A stretch of DNA of 64,000 nt from Candidatus Eiseniibacteriota bacterium (GTDB taxonomy: Bacteria > Eisenbacteria > RBG-16-71-46). Below are positions 1 through 11,034 of the stretch, in pieces; position 1 is the first letter of the stretch; every line of letters begins with the position of its first letter. Under the pieces are notes generated by a model that did no database searches, had not been told where the DNA came from, and was given only the letters and a program-made list of their open reading frames with translations. Both the position numbers and the translations under genes were made by a program. The stretch is from the NCBI GenBank assembly GCA_963717935.1, contig CAVQXP010000004.1:960001-1024000 (forward strand), in the 5' to 3' direction.

Positions 1-640
1 GGATCTCGCCGCCGCGCTCGCTGCCGGCCTCGGCCACGAACACGTGGCGTCCGCCCTCGAGCAGCTCGGTCAGGAGCAGGTCGTGCCCCGAGCGGACCCG
101 GGGGCCCGTGCCCATGGAGGCGCAGAAGCAGGTGCTGCCCGCGCGCCCGCACTGCACCGCGATCAGCAGGGCGCCTGCGCGCCGCGCCCGGTAGACCGGG
201 TCGGCCGGTTCGCCGCCGAGCAGGACGCGGTCCTGCACCGCGATGGCGGCCAGCTCGCAGGCGCGCAGGCCGAAGAAGGCCAGCTTCGCGGTCCGCGGGT
301 CGCCGTCCAGCAGCTGCAACCCGGTGCCCTCGCGGCGCGCGTTCAGCAGCGTGATCGCCGCCGGGTGCAGCGATGCCTTGGGCGAGGCCGGTCCCACGGT
401 CCAGTCGAAGAGCGCCGGTCCGTCGGAGCGTGTGAGCCGGTAACGCCCTGCCCCCTGCTCGTCGGTCCAGCCCGCGGGCAGTTCGCCTGCGTCCGAGACC
501 TCATCCCAGACGATGGCGCCGTCGCGGGCCACGGGTCCCATGACCGTGTAGCCGCGGGCGCGCAGGACCTCGAAAAGCCGGTCGAGATCCGTCCGCTCGA
601 TGGTGGATCGCCGTGTTGCCGCTGCCGGGCTTTGTTGCAT
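1..640 (-). CDS. Group 3b (sulf)hydrogenase beta subunit / AsrA-like Fe-S protein, 5' part (runs off the left edge)
   Basis: Not in the ORF track; manual translation MQQSPAAATRR..LDRLFEVLRARGYTVMGP..LPAGWTDEQ..FFGLRACELAAIAVQDRV..QCGRAGSTCFCASMGTGP. GAGGA directly upstream of the ATG at 640; alternative ATG at 658. Confidence 0.8.
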   Translation of the reverse strand, partial: MQQSPAAATRRSTIERTDLDRLFEVLRARGYTVMGPVARDGAIVWDEVSDAGELPAGWTDEQGAGRYRLTRSDGPALFDWTVGPASPKASLHPAAITLLNARREGTGLQLLDGDPRTAKLAFFGLRACELAAIAVQDRVLLGGEPADPVYRARRAGALLIAVQCGRAGSTCFCASMGTGPRVRSGHDLLLTELLEGGRHVFVAEAGSERGGEI

Positions 641-725
641 GGGTTCCTCGGGGCTCATGCGGGGCCGATGGCACCACCCCTGCGCGCGGGTCCTCCGTCC
701 CGCGGCGCGAAGCGGCGAAACTCAT

Positions 726-752
726 ATGAAAGGCACAACTTGTGCCGTTCAT
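726..752 (-). promoter_or_regulatory. Palindromic operator / possible sigma54 (-24/-12) promoter for the hydrogenase-like gene
   Basis: ATGAAAGGCACAACTTGTGCCGTTCAT is a near-perfect inverted repeat; the minus strand reads CGGCACAAGTTGTGC (GG-N10-GC). Confidence 0.45.
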
Positions 753-943
753 GCGCCCGCCCGAGGACCGCACCGCCGGGCGCGCGGGAACCCGCAAGTC
801 CCGGTCTCCTAACGAGTGCCGCCCGGCCTCCCGTCCGCGCGGGACGCCGGCCCGGGTCCGGTCCTGACGCCCGTGGCCAAGCCGGGCGGCAGGGCATGAC
901 GGGGCTGACAGGCCCCGCGGAGGAGGAGCGGGCCGAGCCCGGG

Positions 944-1983
<1,040 letters not shown>

Positions 1984-1987
<4 letters not shown>

Positions 1988-3516
1988 GGCGCGGTCGCTC
2001 CCAGCCGGCCGGTCATGTGGAGGCCGAGGGTGCGCTCGTCGGTCTCGGCCGGCCTCGTCTCGTGCACCAGGCGCCCCTCGTACATCACGAAGATGCGATC
2101 CGAGAGCGCCAGGATCTCGGACAGTTCCGAGGAGACCAGGAGCACCGCGCGCCCGGCATCGCGCTCGCGCAGCAGTCGCTGGTGAAGGAACGCGACCGCG
2201 CCGAGGTCCACGCCGCGCGTGGGGTGCGCGGCCAGCACCACGGCCGCGCCGCGGCTCAGCTCGCGCGCGGCGATGAGCTTCTGCTGGTTGCCGCCCGAGA
2301 GCTGACGCGCCGGCCGCCCGGGCTCGGGCGGCCGCACGTCGTACTCGGCCAGCACGCCCGCGGCCCGTGCCTCGAGCGCGCGGCGCGGCAGCAGCGGCCC
2401 GCGGCCCGAGTCCGGCTCGCGCTGGCGGCCCAGCACCAGGTTCTCGGCCAGCGTCATCTCGGGGACCAGCCCGCGGCGCAACCGGTCGCTGGGGATGTGG
2501 GCGAGGCCCGCGGCCGCCCGCCCCCGGGCCCCGAGCGCCGTGCAGTCGCGCTCGGCGATGGACAGGTCGCCGTGCTGCGAGCGCCTGAGCCCCGCCAGGC
2601 ACTCGACCAGCTCGTGCTGGCCATTCCCCTCGACGCCCGCCAGGCCGACGATCTCGCCCGCGTGGACCTCGAAGGAGACGCGCTTCACCGCCTGCAGTCC
2701 CCGGTCGTCGAGCACGTCGAGCAGGCGCACGCGCAGCAGCGGGACGCGCTCCTCGTGCTGCGCGCGGGCGTGCAGCGCCGGGATGGCGTGCCCCACCATG
2801 AGCTCGGCCATGCGCTCGACCGGGTGCTCCGCGATGGGCCCGCCGCCCACCACGCGCCCGGCGCGCATCACCGTGACGCGCTGCGCCAGCGCGGTCACCT
2901 CGGCCAGCTTGTGGGTGATGAGCACGATCGTCGTGCCCTGCGCCTGCAGCTCGCGCAGCACGTGGAAGAGGTCGTCCACCTCCTGCGGCGTGAGCACCGC
3001 CGTGGGCTCGTCCAGGATGAGCACCCGGGCGCCGTGGTAGAGCGCCTTGAGGATCTCCACCCGCTGCTGGGCTCCGACCGAGAGCGTCTCGATGCGCGCG
3101 CCGGGTTCCACGGGCAGGCCGTGGCGCCCGGCCAGCGCGGCCACCTCGCGCTCGGCCGCCGCCGGGCTGTAGCTCCCGAGGGCGCCGCGCGGCTCGCGAC
3201 CGAGCGTGACGTTCTCCGCCACGGTGAGCGAGCCCACCAGCATGAAGTGCTGGTGGACCATGCCGAGCCCGAGCCGCATCGCGGCCGCCGGGCTGTGGAT
3301 GCGCGCCACGCGGCCGGCGATCTCGATGGTGCCCGAGTCGGGCTGGATCAGGCCGTAGAGGACGCGCATGAGCGTGCTCTTGCCGGCCCCGTTCTCGCCG
3401 ACCAGGCCGTGGATCTCGCCGGGCCGCAGGTCGAGCGAGACATCGTCGTTCGCCACGACCGGCCCGAAGTGGCGGGTGATGTGGCGCAGCGAGATGGCCG
3501 GGGCGGAGGCGCTCAT
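1984..3516 (-). CDS. Nucleoside ABC transporter ATP-binding protein (two NBDs, NupA/YufO-like)
   Basis: Walker A GENGAGKS, LILDEPT, LSGGNQQK, PTRGVD, LLVSSELSE. Confidence 0.93.
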
Positions 3517-3630
3517 GGTGCGCGGAGCCTACCACGGCCCGGAGGGGTGGAGTGGGCAGCCCGCAGCGTCCTCGCGGAGGGCTTCCCGCCGACCGCTGCG
3601 GGCTGCCCCACGCGGCCTTCCCCCCGAACG

Positions 3631-4491
3631 TCAGGGCGGGCCGGGCTCCATCCGCTCCCACGCGATGCGCACGTTCTCCCGGTGGACGTCGTCCATGGGA
3701 TACGCGGCGCCCTTGCCGACGTAGTCCATGGACGCGAGCCGCGCCTGCGCTTCCTCGACCGCGAGCCCGGCGCGGCGCGCGGCCCGCACCTCCGCCTCGA
3801 GCGAATCGAGATAACCCAGGTCGCGGTGCAGCCGCTCGAGCACGACGGCTCTCCCACGGGCGATCGCGCCGTGGCCCGGAACCAGCGTCTCGATCTCCCC
3901 GGCGCTCGCGAGGGCCTCGATCCGCTCCAGCGTCCTGCGATAGGCCGCGGGCTCCCGGTCGAGCCACGGGATCTCGAGGTCCGAGAGCAGGTCGCCCGCG
4001 AGGAGCAGGCGGCGCGCCGGCAGGTGCGCGGTGATCTGGCTGTCGCAGTGGCCGGGCGCCCCGCGCAGCACGAGCTGCCACGGTCCCAGCGCGAGCGATC
4101 GCTCTTCCTCGACGGCGAGATCGGGCTCGAAGGGCTGGAAGCCGCGGCTCCACGACTCGCCGGCCCGGGCCGCGTGCCCGGATGCCTCGCCGAGGATCGC
4201 GCCCGCCTCGCGCCGCAGCTCGGCCGCGAGGCCCGCGTGCCCGACGGTGCCCGCCTCCGGCCACCAGGGCCGCCCGAGCACGTGGTCCCAGTGCGAGTGC
4301 GTGAAGACGAGCGTGACCGCGGGCGCACCGCCGCGGCTCACCGCCGCGGCCAGATCGTCCAGCTCGGAGGGAAGTACCCCCGGGTCCACGAGCACCGCGT
4401 GCTCGCGCTCGAGCAGCAGCGCGCTGTTCATCCAGAACACGCGGCTCTGCCGCACGTGCACGCCGCCGCCGAGGTCGGTCCAGGGGGTCAT
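3631..4491 (-). CDS. MBL-fold metallo-hydrolase
   Basis: THSHWDH motif, APGH, LAGD, VPGHG. Confidence 0.88.
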   Translation of the reverse strand: MTPWTDLGGGVHVRQSRVFWMNSALLLEREHAVLVDPGVLPSELDDLAAAVSRGGAPAVTLVFTHSHWDHVLGRPWWPEAGTVGHAGLAAELRREAGAILGEASGHAARAGESWSRGFQPFEPDLAVEEERSLALGPWQLVLRGAPGHCDSQITAHLPARRLLLAGDLLSDLEIPWLDREPAAYRRTLERIEALASAGEIETLVPGHGAIARGRAVVLERLHRDLGYLDSLEAEVRAARRAGLAVEEAQARLASMDYVGKGAAYPMDDVHRENVRIAWERMEPGPP

Positions 4492-4506
4492 GCGCCGGCG
4501 CGGGGC

Positions 4507-5538
4507 CTACTCCGTCGGGACGACGATCCGCCCCGCGACGATCTCGGCCTTGAACGAGTCCACGCGCGCCTTCACACGGTCCGGGACCAGCGCCCTGTTC
4601 CGGTCGTCGTAGACCCAGCCCACGCCGTCCTCCCTGAGGCCGAACTCGCGGATGCCGCCCTGCCAGCGCCCTTCTTCGAGCTCGCTGACCGTGTCGAAGA
4701 CCGACGTCTCCACGTGCTTCACCATCGAGGTGAGGATGAAGCCCGGCGCCTCGGCGTACTGGTCCGAGTCCACGCCGATGGCGAGCCGGTCCTTCTCGCG
4801 CGCCGCCTCGAACACGCCCAGGCCCGTCGAGCCCGAGGCGTGGAAGATGATGTCGGCTCCCTGGTTGTACTCCGCCAGGCCCAGTTCCTTGCCCTTGGTC
4901 GGATCCTTGAAGGCGGTGCCCGTCGTGCCCGCGTACTTCACCAGGACCTCGACCTTCGGGTCCGCCGCCTTCGCGCCGGCGCGGTAACCAGCCTCGAACT
5001 TCTTGATGAGCGGGATCTCCATGCCGCCGACGAAGCCCACCTTGCCGGTCTTCGTCAGGAGGCCCGCGAGCGCGCCCACCAGGAACGAGCCCTCGTGCTC
5101 CTTGAACTCGAGCGCCACGAGGTTGGGCGGGAGCGCCTGGCCTTCCTTCACGGTGTAGTCCACGCAGGCGAACTTCACGTCCGGGAACTCCTGCGCGAGC
5201 CCGTAGATGTCGTCGGAGAAGAGGAAGCCCACGCCGAAGACCAGTTGCGAGCCGCCCGCGGCGAGCTGGCGCATCTGGGCTTCGCGGTCCGCGCCCTCGC
5301 CCGTCTCGAGCGTGCTGAAGGTGATGCCCAGCTCCCGCTGCGCGCGCTCGAGGCCGGCGTAGGCCGCGTCGTTGAAGGACTTGTCCCCGCGCCCGCCGAT
5401 GTCGAACACCAGGCCGACCTTGAGTGCGCCCGCCGCGGCGGCCGGCGGCGCGGGCCTGTCAGCCTGCCTTGCGCACCCTGCGGCGAGGACGGCGACGGCG
5501 AGCAGGGCGAGCACGCGCGGGAACGGGGACGACCTCAT
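4507..5538 (-). CDS. BMP-family nucleoside-binding lipoprotein
   Basis: Lipobox [40 protein letters not shown]. Confidence 0.93.
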   Translation of the reverse strand: MRSSPFPRVLALLAVAVLAAGCARQADRPAPPAAAAGALKVGLVFDIGGRGDKSFNDAAYAGLERAQRELGITFSTLETGEGADREAQMRQLAAGGSQLVFGVGFLFSDDIYGLAQEFPDVKFACVDYTVKEGQALPPNLVALEFKEHEGSFLVGALAGLLTKTGKVGFVGGMEIPLIKKFEAGYRAGAKAADPKVEVLVKYAGTTGTAFKDPTKGKELGLAEYNQGADIIFHASGSTGLGVFEAAREKDRLAIGVDSDQYAEAPGFILTSMVKHVETSVFDTVSELEEGRWQGGIREFGLREDGVGWVYDDRNRALVPDRVKARVDSFKAEIVAGRIVVPTE

Positions 5539-6145
5539 CGGAACCTCCGGGTGGGGGCGGCTCTTCGGGTGCGACGGCGCGGCGGCCCAGCTCGAAGCAG
5601 CGGCGGCAGCGCGCCTCGTAGAGATCAGCGCCCCCCACCACCACGCGGGCCGTGCGGCGCTTCTTGCGGTAGCTGCGATTGGCGGGGTTGCCGCACACCA
5701 CGCAGATGGCGAGCGTCTTGGTGATGTACTCGGCGATGGCGAGCAGTTGCGGCATGGGCTCGAACGGCTTGCCGAGGTAGTCCTGGTCCAGCCCCGCGAC
5801 GATGACGCGCTTGCCGCGCCGGGCCAGGCGCTCGCAGACCTTCACCAGGTCGGGGCCCAGGAACTGGCCCTCGTCGATGCCGATGACCTGGGCCTCGTGG
5901 GCGTGGCGCAGCACGTCCTTCGCGGTCTTGACCGCCCGCGAGGGGATGCGCAGCTCCGAGTGCGACACGATCTGGTCGCGGCCGAAGCGGTCGTCGATGG
6001 CGGGCTTGAAGATCGCGACCCGCTGGCGGGCGATCTGGGCGCGGCGCAGGCGGCGGATGAGCTCCTCCGTCTTTCCGCTGTACATGCTCCCGACGATCAC
6101 CTCGATCCAGCCGGAGTTGACGAACGGCAGGGTGGGTTCGGTCAT
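5459..6145 (-). CDS. tdk: Thymidine kinase (true stop probably near 5535)
   Basis: [26 protein letters not shown], zinc-binding CVVC and CRRC. The 80-bp overlap with the bmp gene disappears if one base is added in the G-run at 5553-5557. Confidence 0.95.
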   Translation of the reverse strand: MTEPTLPFVNSGWIEVIVGSMYSGKTEELIRRLRRAQIARQRVAIFKPAIDDRFGRDQIVSHSELRIPSRAVKTAKDVLRHAHEAQVIGIDEGQFLGPDLVKVCERLARRGKRVIVAGLDQDYLGKPFEPMPQLLAIAEYITKTLAICVVCGNPANRSYRKKRRTARVVVGGADLYEARCRRCFELGRRAVAPEEPPPPGGSDEVVPVPARARPARRRRPRRRVRKAG

Positions 6146-6154
6146 GGCGGACGG

Positions 6155-6183
6155 ACGCTAACCACCGCGGCGGGCCGTGTCAA
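6155..6183 (-). promoter_or_regulatory. Sigma70-type promoter of tdk-bmp
   Basis: TTGACA-17 nt-TAGCGT; ATG 9 nt downstream with no SD sequence. Confidence 0.7.
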
Positions 6184-6220
6184 CGGGGCGTTCGGTCACG
6201 ACCGGGCGCCCGCGGCTGCA

Positions 6221-6273
6221 CCTTGATGCGTCCTTGATGCGCGCGGCCCGACTCTTGAGCCACCCCTGACGCG
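6221..6273 (+). promoter_or_regulatory. Putative KdpE (OmpR-family) binding direct repeats
   Basis: CCTTGATGCG at 6221 and 6232 (11-bp period), degenerate copies near 6253 and 6264, directly upstream of the kdp operon. Confidence 0.6.
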
Positions 6274-6313
6274 CGGCCGGGGTCTAATCAGGCAGGTCGA
6301 AAGGGAGGACCGC

Positions 6314-6400
6314 ATGCAGGACCTGGGTCTGGTCGCACTCGTGATCGTGTTCTTCGCGCTCTCGCTGGCCTTCGCCCGGCTGTGCGCGCGGCTGCGCTGA
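6314..6400 (+). CDS. 28-aa single-TM membrane microprotein upstream of kdpF
   Basis: Strong SD GGGAGG; MQDLGLVALVIVFFALSLAFARLCARLR; stop 7 nt before kdpF. Confidence 0.7.
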   Translation: MQDLGLVALVIVFFALSLAFARLCARLR

Positions 6401-6407
6401 GGCGGCG

Positions 6408-6497
6408 ATGAACGTCCTCTACGCGGTGGGCGCGGTCATCACGATCCTGTTGTTCGTCTACCTGGTCTTCGCGATGCTGCAGCCGGAGCGCTTCTGA
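6408..6497 (+). CDS. kdpF: K+-transporting ATPase subunit F
   Basis: MNVLYAVGAVITILLFVYLVFAMLQPERF with the hallmark YL..A...PERF end; TGATG overlap with kdpA. Confidence 0.92.
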   Translation: MNVLYAVGAVITILLFVYLVFAMLQPERF

Positions 6498-8245
6498 TGA
6501 CCGCCCATGCCGTGATCGAGCTGGCGGTCTGGCTGGCCGCACTGCTGGCGCTCGGGCCGCCGCTGGGCCGTTACATCGCGCGAATCCTCGAGGGTCGTCC
6601 GACCTGGCCGGGGCGGGTGCTCGGGCCGTTCGAGCGCCTGCTCTACCGGCTCGCCGGCGTGAGGCCGGAGGTCGAGACCGACTGGCTGCGCTACGCCCTG
6701 GGCATGCTGCTCTTCAACGCCGCCGGGCTGCTGCTGGTCTACGCGTTGCAGCGGCTCCAGGCCGTGCTGCCGCTGAACCCGCAGCACCTGCCGGCGGTCC
6801 CGCCGCACCTCGCCTTCGACATCGCGGTGAGCTTTGCCACCAACACGAACTGGCAGAGCTACCCGGGCGAGGCCACGCTGGGCTACCTGGTCCAGATGGC
6901 CGGGCTCACCGTGCAGAACTTCGTCTCGGCCGCCACCGGCATGGCCGTCCTGGCCGCGCTCGTCCGCGGGCTGGCGCGGCGCTCGGCCGTCACGATCGGC
7001 AACTTCTGGGTGGACCTCACGCGCTCGACGCTCTACGTGCTGCTGCCGCTCGCCATCGTGCTCGCGCTGGCGCTGGTCTCCCAGGGCGTGGTGCAGACGC
7101 TGGTGCCCACGCGCACGGTCGCGTTGCTGCAGCCGGTGGCCGCCGGGGATGGCGGGACCGTCACGGTGCAGCACATTGCGGTCGGTCCGGCGGCCTCGCA
7201 GGTCGCCATCAAGCAGCTCGGCACGAACGGCGGCGGCTTCTTCAACACCAACTCGGCCCACCCGCTCGAGAACCCGACACCGCTTTCGAACTTCCTCGAG
7301 TTGCTGGCCATCCTGCTCATCCCGGTGGCGCTGTGCTTCACCTTCGGCGAGATGGTCGCCGACCGGCGCCAGGGCTGGGCGGTGTTCGCGGCCATGGGGT
7401 TGCTCTTCCTGCTGTTCGTCGTCTCCTGCCTGGTCGCCGAGCAGGCTGGCAACCCGCGCCTGGCCGCCCTGGGCGTGGACATCCGTTCCGGCGCGCTGCA
7501 GCCGGGCGGGAACCTGGAGGGCAAGGAGGCCCGCTTCGGCGTCGTCGGCTCGGCCCTCTGGGCCACGGCGACCACCGCGGCCTCGAACGGCTCGGTCAAC
7601 GCCATGCACGACTCCTTCACGCCGCTCGGCGGCCTGGTGCCGATGCTGCTGATCCAGCTCGGTGAGGTGGTCTTCGGCGGGGTCGGCTCGGGGCTCTACG
7701 GCATGCTGATGTTCGTGATCGCCGCGGTCTTCATCTCGGGTCTCATGGTCGGACGCACGCCCGAGTACCTGGGCAAGAAGATCGAGGCCTTCGAGATGAA
7801 GATGGCCTCGCTCGTCATCCTGATCCCGCCGCTGACGGTCCAGGTCGGGACCGCCCTGGCGGTCGGTTCCGCCGCCGGCCGGGCCGCGGTGCTGAACCCC
7901 GGGCCGCACGGGTTCAGCGAGATCCTCTATGCGTTCTCCTCGGCGGCCAACAACAACGGCAGTGCGTTCGCGGGACTGGCCACGAACGTCCCGTTCTACG
8001 ACCTGGCGCTGGGGCTGGCCATGCTGGCCGGCCGCTACTGGCTCGCCGTCCCGGCACTGGCCCTCGCCGGTTCGCTGGCGGCGAAGAAGCGGCTCCCGGC
8101 CGGCCCGGGCACGCTGCCCACCCACACCCCGCTGTTCGTGATGCTCGTCGTGGCCACCGTCCTGGTGGTCGGAGCGCTGGCCATGTTCCCGGCCCTGGCG
8201 CTCGGACCGATCGTCGAGCACCTGATGGTCGTCGGCACGCATTGA
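6497..8245 (+). CDS. kdpA: K+-transporting ATPase subunit A
   Basis: [43 protein letters not shown]. Confidence 0.97.
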   Translation: MTAHAVIELAVWLAALLALGPPLGRYIARILEGRPTWPGRVLGPFERLLYRLAGVRPEVETDWLRYALGMLLFNAAGLLLVYALQRLQAVLPLNPQHLPAVPPHLAFDIAVSFATNTNWQSYPGEATLGYLVQMAGLTVQNFVSAATGMAVLAALVRGLARRSAVTIGNFWVDLTRSTLYVLLPLAIVLALALVSQGVVQTLVPTRTVALLQPVAAGDGGTVTVQHIAVGPAASQVAIKQLGTNGGGFFNTNSAHPLENPTPLSNFLELLAILLIPVALCFTFGEMVADRRQGWAVFAAMGLLFLLFVVSCLVAEQAGNPRLAALGVDIRSGALQPGGNLEGKEARFGVVGSALWATATTAASNGSVNAMHDSFTPLGGLVPMLLIQLGEVVFGGVGSGLYGMLMFVIAAVFISGLMVGRTPEYLGKKIEAFEMKMASLVILIPPLTVQVGTALAVGSAAGRAAVLNPGPHGFSEILYAFSSAANNNGSAFAGLATNVPFYDLALGLAMLAGRYWLAVPALALAGSLAAKKRLPAGPGTLPTHTPLFVMLVVATVLVVGALAMFPALALGPIVEHLMVVGTH

Positions 8246-8265
8246 CGCGCGAAAGGACCGCACCG

Positions 8266-10335
8266 ATGTCGAAACCGAAGGTGCCGCCCCCGTTCGAGCC
8301 GCGGATCGTCCGCCGCGCGGCGGGCGAGGCGTTCCGCAAGCTCGACCCGCGGGTCCAACTCCGCAACCCGGTCATGTTCGTCGTGCTGGTGACCGCGCTC
8401 CTGACCACCGTGCTGGGCATCGAGGCGCTGTGCGGGCAGGGCGAGGCCCCGGCGGGCTTCATCCTCGGCGTGTCGATGTGGCTGTGGTTCACGGTGCTGT
8501 CCGCCAACTTCGCCGAGGCCATGGCGGAGGGCCGCGGCAAGGCCCAGGCCGAGGCCCTGCGCCAGGCGCGGGGCGACGTCTTCGCCAAGAAGCTCGAGGA
8601 CCCCGCCGAGCGCCTGGTGTTCTGGGCCGTGCCCGCGTCCACCCTGCGCAAGGGCGACTTCGTGGTGGTCGCGGCGGGGGACGTCATTCCCTGCGACGCC
8701 GAGGTGATCGAGGGCGTGGCGTCGGTGGACGAGAGCGTCATCACCGGCGAGAGCGCGCCGGTCATCCGCGAGAGCGGCGGCGACCGCAGTGCGGTCACCG
8801 GGGGCACGCGCATCCTCTCGGACTGGCTGGTGCTGCGCGTCAGCGCCGACCCCGGGGAGACCTTCCTCGACCGCATGATCGGCCTGATCGAGGGCGCGAA
8901 GCGGCAGAAGACGCCGAACGAGATTGCGCTCGCCATCCTGCTGGCCGCCCTGACCCTGATCTTCCTGGTGACGACCGCCACGTTGCTGCCGTTCTCGCTG
9001 TACGGCGTGCGCGTCGCTGGAGCGGGCACGCCGATCACGGTGACGGCGTTGAGCGCGTTGCTGGTCTGCCTGATCCCGACCACGATCGGTGGCCTGCTGT
9101 CGGCCATCGGCATCGCCGGCATGGACCGGCTCATCCGCGACAACGTCCTGGCGCTCTCGGGACGCGCGGTCGAGGCGGCCGGGGACGTGGACGTGCTGCT
9201 GCTCGACAAGACCGGGACCATCACGCTCGGCAATCGCCAGGCCACCGAGCTGGTGCCGGCCCCCGGCGTGACGCTCGAGCGACTGGCCGACGCCGCGCAG
9301 CTCGCCTCGCTCTCGGACGAGACGCCCGAGGGACGCAGCATCGTCGTGCTGGCCAAGGAACGCTACGGGCTGCGCGAGCGCGACCTGCACTCGCTGGGTG
9401 CCGCGTTCGTGCCGTTCAGCGCCCGCACCCGCATGAGCGGCGTCGACCTGGACGGCCGCGCGGTGCGCAAGGGCGCCAGCGAGGCGATCGAGCGTTTCGT
9501 GAAGGAGCACGGCGGCGAGCTGCCGGCCGCCGTGCGGAGCGCCGTGGACGCCATCGCGCGGGCGGGCTCGACGCCGCTGGTGGTGGCCGAGGACGGTGTC
9601 GTGCTGGGCGCGATCCAGCTCAAGGACGTCGTCAAGGGCGGCATCCGCGAGCGCTTCGCCGAGCTGCGCCGGATGGGGATCAAGACCGTGATGATCACCG
9701 GCGACAACCCGCTCACGGCCGCGGCGATCGCCGCGGAGGCGGGGGTGGACGACTTCCTGGCCGAGGCCACGCCCGAGGCGAAGCTCGCGCTGATCCGTCA
9801 GCAGCAGGCGGGCGGACGGCTGGTGGCCATGACCGGCGACGGGACCAACGACGCGCCCGCGCTGGCCCAGGCGGACGTGGCCGTGGCCATGAACTCCGGT
9901 ACCCAGGCCGCCAAGGAGGCGGGGAACATGGTGGACCTCGACTCGAACCCGACCAAGCTGATCGAGATCGTCGAGACCGGCAAGCAGTTGCTGATGACGC
10001 GTGGCGCGCTGACCACCTTCAGCATCGCGAACGACGTCGCGAAGTACTTCGCCATCGTCCCGGCGGCCTTCGTCGGCACCTACCCGGCGCTCGCGGCCCT
10101 GAACGTGATGCGGCTCGCGACACCCAACAGCGCGATCCTCTCGGCGGTCATCTTCAACGCCCTGGTCATCATCGCGCTCGTGCCGCTGGCCCTGCGCGGG
10201 GTGCACTACCGCCCGTTGGGCGCCGCGACGGTGCTCCGCAACCACCTGCTGATCTACGGGCTCGGTGGCCTGGTCGCCCCGTTCCTGGGGATCAAGGCCA
10301 TCGACCTGGTCCTGGTCGCGTTCCACCTCACCTAG
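8266..10335 (+). CDS. kdpB: K+-transporting P-type ATPase subunit B
   Basis: [22 protein letters not shown] at 8266 follows AAAGGA. Confidence 0.97.
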   Translation: MSKPKVPPPFEPRIVRRAAGEAFRKLDPRVQLRNPVMFVVLVTALLTTVLGIEALCGQGEAPAGFILGVSMWLWFTVLSANFAEAMAEGRGKAQAEALRQARGDVFAKKLEDPAERLVFWAVPASTLRKGDFVVVAAGDVIPCDAEVIEGVASVDESVITGESAPVIRESGGDRSAVTGGTRILSDWLVLRVSADPGETFLDRMIGLIEGAKRQKTPNEIALAILLAALTLIFLVTTATLLPFSLYGVRVAGAGTPITVTALSALLVCLIPTTIGGLLSAIGIAGMDRLIRDNVLALSGRAVEAAGDVDVLLLDKTGTITLGNRQATELVPAPGVTLERLADAAQLASLSDETPEGRSIVVLAKERYGLRERDLHSLGAAFVPFSARTRMSGVDLDGRAVRKGASEAIERFVKEHGGELPAAVRSAVDAIARAGSTPLVVAEDGVVLGAIQLKDVVKGGIRERFAELRRMGIKTVMITGDNPLTAAAIAAEAGVDDFLAEATPEAKLALIRQQQAGGRLVAMTGDGTNDAPALAQADVAVAMNSGTQAAKEAGNMVDLDSNPTKLIEIVETGKQLLMTRGALTTFSIANDVAKYFAIVPAAFVGTYPALAALNVMRLATPNSAILSAVIFNALVIIALVPLALRGVHYRPLGAATVLRNHLLIYGLGGLVAPFLGIKAIDLVLVAFHLT

Positions 10336-10344
10336 GAACCCCCC

Positions 10345-10935
10345 ATGCGCTCCGAGGTCCGTCCCGCGCTCGTCCTGCTGCTCGTGTTCACCGTGCTCAC
10401 CGGCCTGGTCTACCCGCTCGCCCTGACCGGCGTGGCGAAGCTCATCTTCCCGCGCCAGGCCCAGGGCAGCCTGATCGTGCGCGACGGCCACGGGGTCGGC
10501 TCGCGCCTGGTCGGGCAGCCGTTCTCCGATCCGCGCTACTTCTGGGGGCGGCTCTCGGCCACCGCACCGCTGCCCTACGACGCGGCCGCCTCGGCCGGCT
10601 CGAACCTGGGGCCCCTGAACCCGGCCCTGATCGAGGCGGCGCGGGCGCGCCTCGCGGCGCTGCGCGCGGCGGACCCCGGCGCCATCGGGCCCGTGCCCGT
10701 GGACCTGGTCACGGCCTCGGGCAGCGGCCTCGATCCGCACGTCAGCCCCGCCGCGGCCGAATACCAGGTGGGCCGGGTGGCGCGGGCGCGCGGGCTGGCC
10801 CCCGGAGAGGTGCGCTCGATCCTCCGGCGCCACACCGAGGGCCGCACCTTCGGCCTGCTGGGCGAGCCGCGCGTGAACGTGCTCGAGCTGAACCTGGCGC
10901 TGGACGCCCTTGGTCGCCCGGACGCGACGCGCTGA
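10345..10935 (+). CDS. kdpC: K+-transporting ATPase subunit C
   Basis: [26 protein letters not shown]. Confidence 0.97.
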   Translation: MRSEVRPALVLLLVFTVLTGLVYPLALTGVAKLIFPRQAQGSLIVRDGHGVGSRLVGQPFSDPRYFWGRLSATAPLPYDAAASAGSNLGPLNPALIEAARARLAALRAADPGAIGPVPVDLVTASGSGLDPHVSPAAAEYQVGRVARARGLAPGEVRSILRRHTEGRTFGLLGEPRVNVLELNLALDALGRPDATR

Positions 10936-11034
10936 GCGCCGGCCCGCCGGGCCCGTGGAGCCCTGTGCTACTGTCGTGCCACGCGGCGTGCGACGGGGGC
11001 GGGGCCTCCGCTCGTCCCGCGCGGAAGGCCCCGC

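Noticed and set aside
5459..5538. Genuine 80-bp tdk/bmp overlap with an Arg-rich tail
   Set aside because: One extra base in the G5 run at 5553-5557 gives a normal ATGA overlap; probably a sequencing error.
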